A DNA stretch of 8,419 bases from Octopus sinensis (Eukaryota). Positions 1 to 7,747 of the stretch are shown piece after piece. Position 1 is the first letter of the stretch. The number at the start of each line of letters is the position of its first letter. The notes under the pieces are model-generated. The model was given only the letters and a program-made list of their open reading frames with translations. It was not told where the DNA came from and ran no database searches. A program made the translations under genes and the position numbers. The stretch is taken from the NCBI RefSeq assembly GCF_006345805.1, contig NW_021828377.1:1-8419 (forward strand), in the 5' to 3' direction.

Positions 1-29
1 GTTGAAATAGACGCATTCTGCATAAATGT

Positions 30-227
30 GTGCTTGTGCGCGTGCGTATGTGTCTTGTGTGTGTTTATGTGTGTACCGTTTATGTGAATGTGTGTATGTT
101 GCTGTGTTTGAATGTCTTTAGCTGTGTGTGTGTGTGTGTTTATATGTGTGAGTGTGTGCATATGTATCTGATACCAATTTTTTGTTCTTTCACGCTTGTG
201 TGTATATGCACTTTTACATGAGTGTAG

Positions 228-266
<39 letters not shown>

Positions 267-330
267 TACATACATATATACATACATATTTAAATATATA
301 TGTGTTTGTATGTGAGGGTGGTTTTTATAT
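30..330. repeat. Compound microsatellite: degenerate (TG)n, then perfect (CA)15 at 231-260, then (TACA)/(TA) mosaic
   Basis: Read directly from the sequence; explains the V/C/Y-rich and H/T-rich ORFs 30..221 and 152..355. Confidence 0.95.
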
Positions 331-387
331 CAGTATATGCACTTGCAGTGTGTAGTTTTGCATATCTCTTCATGTACGTATATTATT

Positions 388-635
388 GAGTGTGTGTGTG
401 TGTGTGTAAGTGTTTATACCCACCCGTCCGCAGACACAAACGGGCAAATATATGCACAAACACACATACGCACACACATACACAAATATATATGTATATA
501 TATATATATTATGTACATATTATATATTACATATACACAATATATATATATATTATATATATATACTATAATATATATATATATATTATATATATATATA
601 CACACACACATATGCGTGTGTGTGCGTGCGCGATC
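388..635. repeat. Compound microsatellite (TG)n / (CA)n / interrupted (TA)n
   Basis: Read directly; near-pure A/T alternation at about 486-600. Confidence 0.95.
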
Positions 636-722
636 ATATCTCTCTGCCTTTAATATGTATTCATGTTTCTTTTGTTCTGGTTATTGGGCGAAAGACGAAG
701 AGAAATTATTTTGTTTGGCGAG

Positions 723-777
723 AACAACAGCAGCAGCAGTAGCAACAACAACAATAACAACAACACAACACAACAAA
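723..777. repeat. (CAG)/(CAA) trinucleotide microsatellite
   Basis: aacaacagcagcagcagtagcaacaacaacaataacaacaac read directly. Confidence 0.9.
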
Positions 778-1014
778 AGCACATTAGTTAAATGTTCAAC
801 AGGTAAATAGTTGGCACCAGGCTACCTCGCTACAGGGCTACAGCATCTACAGGGAATTACATATAGGACAGCTGGTGAAGTGATGTACTAGCTTGGTGGT
901 CTTGGCACACCATCTCACTCTGTCTGATTATTATGTTGTTCGTTGGTCTTGTGTCTGTTGTTACTTGTTCATGTACAATGCCAACAGACACTTTGTTGGT
1001 CATTTATTATTCAT

Positions 1015-1150
1015 ACGTACGCACACACATATGTAGACATACATACATACATGCATACATAATGCCTGTGTATATGTGTGTGTGTGTGTATACTCAATAT
1101 ATTTATGTGTGTGTATGTAAATAAGTACATGTACATGGGTGGTGTGCGTG
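1015..1150. repeat. Degenerate (CA)/(TACA)/(TG) microsatellite mosaic
   Basis: Read directly. Confidence 0.85.
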
Positions 1151-1199
1151 TATAGTGGCAGAAATGAATGAAGAATAGGTGAAAGACAACAGAAAAGGA

Positions 1200-1790
1200 A
1201 AAAAAAGTTTGACACATTAATGAAAGAAGAAAGCGTTACACTGTTTCGGACGTTAGTCCTTCATCAGAACAAAGAAAGATTGAGCTATAGAGTGAGTGAG
1301 ACAAAGAAATTATCACAGAACAAAATGAGTGGCAGATTAGGAACCGAAGAAGGGGAGGTTGCTTTTTATGGGGAGGGGTGGGGGTTAGATGGAAGCCGGT
1401 ATAAGACTATATTAACATCTGGACGTGGGCATAAGCTGTAGCTTGTGTCTGTTTTATGTGGTATACGTATATGTATACAGGTATGCAAGTGCGGAAGTAT
1501 ATGGACGTTGGTTAGTGGATGTAGAGTATTTCTATGTTTAATATGTTTGCAATTGTTAGGTGGACAACCTGTATATAAGGAGGTGAGTTTGAGAGAATAA
1601 AGATATTGGTGAAGTACATAGGCTGGTAAGAGCATTGCCAAAGGTATTGTTGATGTGTAGAAATGTTACTAAACAAAGAGGAAAAGCTTAAAGTGCGCGA
1701 ATTTTGTGAAAAGAATAAGTCAAAGAAATTACTAAAAATTACTCAAGAATGGTAAATGCTTCGGAGAGTTTGATAGCATTTCCAGAGATA
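1200..1790 (-). mobile_element. Possible non-coding terminal remnant of a Penelope-like element carrying the hammerhead; boundaries uncertain
   Basis: Non-microsatellite block bounded by simple repeats, pyrimidine-rich on the minus strand, with a hammerhead near its 3' end. No RT or GIY-YIG similarity seen on manual translation, so the call rests on the ribozyme alone. Confidence 0.4.
1233..1271 (-). ncRNA. Minimal type I hammerhead ribozyme motif (Penelope-like element/retrozyme type)
   Basis: Minus strand reads UGUU-CUGAUGA-A-GGAC(UAAC)GUCC-GAAAC-AGU-GUA-ACGC. It has the CUGANGA box (1267-1261), a perfect 4-bp stem II with tetraloop, the GAAA box (1247-1244), a very short stem III and a GUA cleavage triplet (1239-1237). 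Stem I is weak. Confidence 0.8.
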
Positions 1791-1796
1791 CAGCTA

Positions 1797-1871
<75 letters not shown>

Positions 1872-1878
1872 TTATCTA

Positions 1879-1958
<80 letters not shown>
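1797..1958. repeat. (TATC)n (GATA) tetranucleotide array with internal (TGTC)4 block
   Basis: Read directly; source of the IYLS repeats in ORF 1749..2312. Confidence 0.98.
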
Positions 1959-2005
1959 CATAACTACATGCATACGCGCGCGCACACACATATTTATTCA
2001 TACAC

Positions 2006-2192
2006 ATTGATTTCAAATTTTGGCACTAATGCCAGCAAGATCGGAGGAAGAGGTAAGTCGATGACATCGATTCCAGTTCTCAACTGTAACTTATTTTATC
2101 GACTTCTAAACGATGAAAAGCGAAGTCGACCTCAACAGAATTTGAGCTCACAGTGTAAAAACGGAAGAAATGTAGTCAAGCATTCTGCCGAC
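2006..2192 (-). mobile_element. Older, 5'-truncated copy of the tRNA-derived SINE (tail type 2)
   Basis: The reverse complement of 2055-2184 aligns without gaps to 6847-6976 at 98/130 identities by manual count, including a B-box variant (GAGCTCAAATTC) and the core. The tail (2054-2006) differs from that of the 6808 copy. Confidence 0.92.
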
Positions 2193-2194
2193 AA

Positions 2195-2270
2195 TGTATG
2201 CAGGTGTGCGTACGTGTATGTGTGCGTGTATGTATGTGTGTGTGTGTGTGTGTGGTGTGTGTGCATGTGC
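2195..2270. repeat. (TG)n microsatellite
   Basis: Read directly. Confidence 0.9.
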
Positions 2271-2389
2271 CGTGGAGAGCATACATTAACAAAAACAGAG
2301 GAAGAAAGGTAAATTTAATGAGAGAGCCAGCCTCCATTTTGTGTGTACTTACAGCATAATTCGGGTTCTCATTAAACACTCACTCATTC

Positions 2390-2391
2390 GT

Positions 2392-2422
<31 letters not shown>

Positions 2423-2557
2423 GAAGCGAAAATTTCTTAATGCTAACATTCCTTAATGTAGTGCATTTGTGTGGAGTATGGAAGTTGAAAGAGAGACTCG
2501 AAGGGAGAGAGAGACGGAGAGAGGGAGTGAGAGAGGGAGTGAGAGAGGGTGAGAGAG
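2390..2557. repeat. (CT)n(CA)n at 2390-2421 and (GA)/(GAGG) purine tract at about 2505-2557
   Basis: Read directly; a short unique spacer separates the two tracts. Confidence 0.85.
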
Positions 2558-2619
2558 TCAATAACTCGCTCATAATCTCTTGCATCCATTTATCGGACGA
2601 ATCTTATACAATACATATA

Positions 2620-2770
2620 CATAGATACATAGGTATATACATACACATTCATATATATATATATGCTGTGTGTGTTCACGTGTGAATGAATACACGTACA
2701 CACACACACGCGCACACACACACATATACACACACATATGCACGCGCGCGCACGCGCACTCGCACTCACT

Positions 2771-2801
<31 letters not shown>

Positions 2802-2815
2802 ATACACACATGCAT
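2620..2815. repeat. Compound (TA)/(CA)/(CG) alternating purine-pyrimidine microsatellite
   Basis: Read directly; source of the poly-HT and poly-CV ORFs. Confidence 0.92.
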
Positions 2816-2944
2816 GCGATCTTCATCGGAGTGGCGTGGAAGTCGAATCACGAGACAAACACTCACCTTTAGTTTCAATAAAATATCATATCCTCTACAA
2901 TTTGTATTGAGCACTCCTTTCTTATTAGTTTGACATTAAGTAAC

Positions 2945-3182
2945 GTAGGTGTATGTGTGTGCGCGCGAGTGTATATATATAAGAGAGAGAGAGAGAGAAG
3001 AGGATAAGAGATGTAGGAAAGAAAGGGGAGGGGAAGGAGAAGGGGAATGAGCGCGGACAGTGAGGGACGAGAAAAAGGGGGAGAGTGGAGAGAGGTGGAA
3101 AGAGAGAGTATATGTGTGGTGTGTGTATCTGTGCATGTATGTGTGTATATATGCGCGCTTCTGTATGTGTGTGTGTGTGCGC
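2945..3182. repeat. Low-complexity block: (TG), (GA)n and purine-rich tract (about 2981-3108), then (TG)n
   Basis: Read directly. Confidence 0.88.
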
Positions 3183-3439
3183 GTTTTGCAGTTTCCAACC
3201 ACCAAGGCAATTTACCATTTAACCATTTCGAATGTGTCATTCCCATACATTTTTCATAAACTTTAAGATATATAAATATATATATATATATAACTTCCAG
3301 AATTCAGGATGTCACTTTGATTCATGTGATACTAGAGAAACAGGATTAAGGCTTTGTCGGAAAGGAAAAGACTTTTGCACTTGTCTGCAATTTAGTGTTG
3401 ATTAACAATTGAATACTTTTGAGAACTGCAATTGCTAAA

Positions 3440-3650
3440 ATAAACGCTTCACTAAGGCTCGGCTTTGACCAATTTCCGCTGTTGTATAGCATAGCTTGAT
3501 ATTTCCTCCAGTTTGTAAAAGATCCCACTATTGGCATATTATATTTAGAGCTACAGTAATTATATTAATCCTTTGTTAAAATGGTAGGGTGAATTTCGAA
3601 AGAGATTTGGTTGGTATTCCTAGCAGTTCCTGTTACAGTATAGAGAGGTT
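3440..3650 (+). mobile_element. Decayed copy 1 of an older interspersed repeat (family B, probable SINE body/tail); left boundary approximate
   Basis: 3592-3626 (aatttcgaaagagatttggttggtattcctagcag) matches 4229-4262 at about 24/35 with one gap and also resembles 7081-7114. Confidence 0.6.
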
Positions 3651-4011
3651 TCTTCGATAAGTATTGTGGAATGTATTGCCACTATTATGTATAATGCCCG
3701 CTATTGTGCAGTATTGGGTAAATTTTGACTATTGTGTGATATATCAAAATAAATTTCCGTTTTTGCTTACACGGCAAGATAAGGCGCATTAATGTGGAAC
3801 ACAGCAAGATATATTCACCATTGTGTAAGCTTGCAATATATCCCGTCTTAATTTGATGTGATCGCGAGAACTGATCACGTATTTGCAAAACACATTCTTC
3901 AGAGTAACGCATGATGATTTCGTCAAGAGGTAAAGTTCTCGATGCTTGCATGAATATGAGAACAATAATATAAACTGGAACCAATTAATATTAGTTTGTA
4001 AGGAGATATGA

Positions 4012-4082
4012 CAGACGATAGTATTCAAGGATTAGTACCTTCTCCTGGTTAGCAAGAGACGCGTAATTCGATTCCTACCATG
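4012..4082 (+). pseudogene. Degenerate tRNA-like sequence (tRNA-Asp-like layout); probable SINE head or tRNA pseudogene
   Basis: CGATAGTAT...GATTAGTACCTTCTCCTGGTTAGCAAGAGAC...TTCGATTCC follows the order of a eukaryotic tRNA (D region, anticodon arm, B-box-like TTCGATTCC at 4067-4075). Resemblance to tRNA-Asp is from memory. The stems are broken, so it is not a functional tRNA. Confidence 0.5.
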
Positions 4083-4104
4083 CACCTCGCTGTGGTTTTC
4101 GTTA

Positions 4105-4275
4105 TCAAGGCTTGTAAATCTCTAAGCTAAGATGTTCTAGCCATGACCATCCTGTCTTTTGTATAATTGGGACTGCATTGTCTACTGTATCATTCACCAC
4201 CCTATTTTTTAAAAAAAGATAATGATTTAATTTGAGGAAGACGTAGCTGCTATTTTTAGCAGATTAAGTGACCGA
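4105..4275 (+). mobile_element. Decayed copy 2 of family B repeat
   Basis: 4116-4160 aligns ungapped to 6730-6774 (26/45, mostly transitions), and 4229-4262 aligns to 7081-7114 (24/34). Confidence 0.65.
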
Positions 4276-4689
4276 TTTGAGCATGAATGGTATCCCCTTA
4301 CACTGATATTTGAAACTACCCGCTGACGAAGTCTCTAAAATCCTCTGTGAAAATACCGTTTAAGTCTTAATAACAAAACAGTAATTTAATATATGTTGTA
4401 TCTCCATGAATTTGTACAATTAATAATTCATTATTTTCTTAGCGCAGATGCGCTTCTATAACTTCTTATATATACTAGTCCTAGTGTAGAAGCCCTCTCA
4501 TAGGTTTGTACTGTTAACTATTCCTATGGACGTTTACTCAATAAAACAGAAATACATTTCAGAAAACCCAGTTAGCATTCAGAGCAATCAACTTCCGCTG
4601 AATGAACTTCAAGCGCTGAACGTTGGGGAAGTTTGGTATATATATTTTATTTTTTACTGTCTCCTTGCAAATTGAATTTAGTTATATAG

Positions 4690-4753
4690 TTACATAAACA
4701 TTTAAGTATATAAACACTTGATTACATAAATATTTCATTACATAGACATTGGA
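4690..4753. repeat. Four-copy 16-bp minisatellite, consensus TTACATAAACATTTNA
   Basis: Units: ttacataaacatttaa / gtatataaacacttga / ttacataaatatttca / ttacatagacattgga at an exact 16-bp period. Confidence 0.8.
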
Positions 4754-5025
4754 CCTCATGGGTAATGCATAGACATATCTATATATATCTGTAGTTATAC
4801 ATCACTGAATGAATAACTGAAGGTGAATATTGATATTTTCCTTTCCACTCACTTCTGATGTGACATTCGTACAAATTGGTCAACACACTTCTCATTTCAG
4901 TATACAGTTCATTTACGTTTATTTATTTTAATTTTGTTATTGTTTTTGTTGCTGTTGCTGTTGTTTTTCTCCCACATTCTCGAGAACAATATGTGAGTTG
5001 TTTGTTAAAATTTGGTGGAACTTAT

Positions 5026-5154
5026 GAGTGTATCTGTGTATGTGTGAGTGCGTGCATGTGTGTGAGTGTAAGGGTGTGTGCATATATGTTATTAGAAGCT
5101 TCAGCTTCTGATAAATAATATGCACACATACATAAAACATACACGCGCGCGTGC

Positions 5155-5187
<33 letters not shown>

Positions 5188-5262
5188 AACAAATACACAC
5201 AAACAAACACACACACAAATAAACACACACACATACACACACACACACACACACAAATAGCA
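5026..5262. repeat. Degenerate (TG)n followed by (CA)n/(CAAA)n microsatellite
   Basis: Read directly. Confidence 0.92.
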
Positions 5263-5289
5263 CACCTATATAAATAAATCTTTCTTTTA

Positions 5290-6322
5290 GGAGATGAACT
5301 CTCAACAAGTACGATTTTCACAATGGCAAAGACTATTGAACTCAATATCTGTATCACTTTGATACATTTTAGATGCTCTGAGAGGATGATCCAGCACAGA
5401 TGTTAGTTTCCCATCACAGTATACCATTGAATAAAATCAACTTTGGGATCTGTCTAAAACTGTCGTAGTGGATTTAGTGTTTTTTGATTAACAAAATCCA
5501 ACACGCTGTGTTCGATGAAATTCACTCAAATCCAACGTAAGTCGTTAGTGCTGTCACAAAGTGCTGTGTCGGGCTCACACCATTTCGTAATTTATATACA
5601 CGATGTCACAAATATCATCAAACACTAACATAATCATTTTTGCAGATGATTCCAAATTCCAGAAAGTCAGCAATGTAGTTGGTGACCAAACAGAACGCTA
5701 TTCCGACTCTACACGCTGTGATTCAATGGGCGGAAAGAAATTCTAATGTGCTGCTAAACGAGGAAAAATTTGAGCTCATCCATTTAGAAAAGAGGATGTG
5801 CTTAAACAGTTATATTCTCTTCCTTCGACAGAACCTCCCATAGCGACGAATATTGTTAAAAATTAACGGATTACAACCCAGACAAGAGAGCTTATATTAT
5901 CAAGTTGATATAGTCTGCAGGATGTACCCTTGAATCTATAGAACTTTTGGATTCCGAGACCCAGACGCAGAAATTCTTCTATTCCTTACATTTGCTCTAC
6001 CTAATATCAAACAGAACATTATGAAAGCCGAAGCACACCGGAGATTAATAATCAAAATGAAATAATAAATAAATGAAGCAACAGGCTACAATTATAGGAA
6101 TCATCTCAAAATACTCAGATTCTATTATATCCAACGCCGTCATGGTCAGTAAATCAGTTTCACAAGGTGGAAAATATTCCCTCTTCTTTGCACTATCGAT
6201 GTTAGAAACAAAAGTTTAAAAGTTACCCAGAACTAGGTCACGTAGTAAACACCTTCTTCAAAATGTTTGCCTCACCTCATATAACCATATTGCGACAAAA
6301 CTCTTTTATCTCAGAAAACGGT
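5290..6322 (+). mobile_element. Degenerate CR1/L2-type non-LTR retrotransposon ORF2 fragment (reverse transcriptase and C-terminal region), truncated at both ends
   Basis: Manual translation across stops and frameshifts gives, in order: QYDFHNGKDY*TQYLYHFDT (QHGFR.GRSCLTQLL), HSIPLNKINFGI..LS*WI*CFL, SAV-QSAVSGSHHFVIYIHDV ([21 protein letters not shown]), IFADDSK (FADD at 5639-5650), LHAVIQWAERN..LLNEEKFELIH, RM..*IYRTF..RD, YRNHLKILRFYYIQRR..WKI, and YPELG...HITILRQNSF. Confidence 0.92.
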
Positions 6323-6556
6323 ACAGTAGAGCAGAATAATATTTATTCAAATTTATATTTTGAAAAGTCACCATTCAAGTTTTGCGATTCCGTTTCATCA
6401 AGCGACTGATGATACCACCGCCTGGCTTCTACTTATTAAAGAAGTATCACCAAAGTTCCTGATGAAGAGGAAGCGACCACAGTATGCTTGCAGTAAAATG
6501 GGTGATAGTTAAAAAGAAACAAGAAACCAAAAACAAACTCGAATAGTAGCGGAATG

Positions 6557-6644
6557 TATGTATGTATGTATGTATGTATGTATGTATGTATGTATGTATG
6601 TATGTATGTATGTATGTATGTATGTATGTATGTATGTATGTATG
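6557..6644. repeat. Perfect (TATG)22 microsatellite
   Basis: Counted directly. Confidence 0.98.
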
Positions 6645-6807
6645 ATGAAATGCTCTGCTTGGCATCAGGACAATTTCAAGATTTCGCCGTTGAAAATTTT
6701 GTTTAGTCCCGAGTCGGTTGTGATTCAGCAGATCTATGATTAAAAGCGCTTCAGTCAGAACTATCTCTTCTTTTTTTTCGGATACCATATATCTAATACT
6801 ATCATGT

Positions 6808-7046
6808 AAGGCGGCGAGCTGGCAGAGTCGTTAGCGTGCCGGGCGAAATGCTTAGCAGTATTTCGTCCGTCGTTACGTTCTGAGTTCAAATTCCGCCGAG
6901 GTCGACTTTACCTTTCATCCTTTCGGGGTCGATAAATAAAGTACCAGTTTCGCACTGGGGTCGATGTAATCGACTTAATCCCTTTGCCTGTCCTTGTTTG
7001 TCTCCTCTATGTTTAGCCCCTTGTGGGCAGTAAAGAAATATATATA
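6808..7046 (+). mobile_element. Apparently full-length, young tRNA-derived SINE (octopus-type; tail type 1) with target-site duplication
   Basis: Pol III A-box-like TGGCAGAGTCG (6820-6830) and B-box GAGTTCAAATTCC (6882-6894); core CCTTTCATCCTTTCGGGGTCGATAAATAAAGTACC; A/T-rich end. Exact 14-bp direct repeat TAATACTATCATGT at 6794-6807 and 7047-7060. Second copy at 2006-2192. Confidence 0.95.
6820..6894 (+). promoter_or_regulatory. Internal RNA polymerase III type 2 promoter (A and B boxes) of the SINE
   Basis: TGGCAGAGTCG resembles the A-box consensus TRGCNNARYNG and GAGTTCAAATTCC resembles the B-box consensus GTTCRANNC, with about 50 bp spacing. Confidence 0.75.
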
Positions 7047-7346
7047 TAATACTATCATGTTTTGAAAACTTGTAGAGTACAATTTAAAAGAAACGTGCCT
7101 TCTATATCTAGCAGGTCTAGCTACCACCACGCAGGGAACCAGTTGGATTCTACTGTTGTTATAGTTGGTACTTTTAGTCATCGCTGTCGTCACCGACGTT
7201 GTTCTTTTTGCTGTTGTTGTTGTAGTAGAATGGTTTCCCTAAGGAAAACAGGAAATTGTGCCCCCCGTCGTGCTACGAACTATACACCCATTCAACATAC
7301 ACGGTACAGTAAACGAAATTCTTGCTCCCGTAACACATTTATTCAA

Positions 7347-7349
<3 letters not shown>

Positions 7350-7381
<32 letters not shown>

Positions 7382-7403
7382 CGACGACGACGACGATGAC
7401 GAT
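7350..7403. repeat. (GAT)10(GAC)5 compound trinucleotide repeat, decaying into GTA/GTG triplets to about 7470
   Basis: Counted directly; source of the poly-D and poly-M/T ORFs. Confidence 0.97.
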
Positions 7404-7642
7404 GGTAGTGGTACTGATTGTGGTAATTGTAGATACAGTGTTAGTGGCGTAGGTGAAGTTGGTGATGCTGAATGCATGTGCAAGTGCTAATTAGCATATT
7501 CCGCTCCGGGTGGGGAGAACGTTTTTCTCTTGATGTAACCGCGTAAGTTCAGAGAGTGTGCCCCACATTTTGACTTACAAAGAACTTCTTTCTCAACACT
7601 CCTTAATCAAGATAACACACACCCTCCTCTCTCTCTAACTAT

Positions 7643-7667
7643 TATCTATCTATCTATCCATCCATCG

Positions 7668-7747
<80 letters not shown>

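Larger units (their letters stand above)
6695..7140 (+). mobile_element. Decayed copy 3 of family B repeat, split by the young SINE (pieces at about 6695-6807 and 7061-7140)
   Basis: The left piece matches 4116-4160 and the right piece matches 4229-4262 and 3592-3626, in the same order and orientation as in the unsplit copies. Confidence 0.65.

Noticed and set aside
800-930. GC-richer unique block with three CTACAG motifs and a CAG/GTAAAT donor-like site
   Set aside because: No matching acceptor or convincing reading frame, and the short repeats are within chance expectation.
30-3266. The many ORFs of 60-187 aa in the first 3.3 kb
   Set aside because: Most are dominated by HT, CV, IY, IYLS or RE repeats produced by stop-free microsatellites, and several overlap on both strands. 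The remainder show no recognisable protein similarity.
3346-3537. Minus-strand ORF beginning PIVGSFTNWRKYQAMLYNSGNWS, reminiscent of a CBM48/AMPK-beta GSFxNW motif
   Set aside because: The downstream CBM48 YKF.VDG.W motif is absent, there is an in-frame stop 10 codons upstream, and the DNA is antisense to decayed family B copy 1.
3512-3559. Possible terminal exon after TTTCCTCCAG encoding FVKDPTIGILYLELQ*
   Set aside because: It is only 15 codons, unrecognised, and lies inside the family B repeat relic.
3661-3737. Roughly 10-bp periodic TATTG motifs
   Set aside because: Units are too divergent and irregularly spaced to call a tandem repeat or binding cluster.
4012-4082. Functional tRNA gene
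   Set aside because: The acceptor and anticodon stems do not pair and the B-box is altered; it is kept only as a degenerate tRNA-derived sequence.
4323-4352. CTGACGAAG...GAAA, a possible plus-strand hammerhead
   Set aside because: No stem II can be formed between the boxes and there is no proper stem III or cleavage triplet.
7062-7490. 142-aa ORF with a poly-Asp tract (and the overlapping poly-Met/Thr ORF)
   Set aside because: It starts within a decayed repeat, and the acidic tract is simply (GAT)10(GAC)5. No domain similarity.
7485-7496. 12-bp palindrome TGCTAATTAGCA (homeodomain-like TAATTA core)
   Set aside because: A single short palindrome is not significant in 8.4 kb of AT-rich DNA without conservation data.
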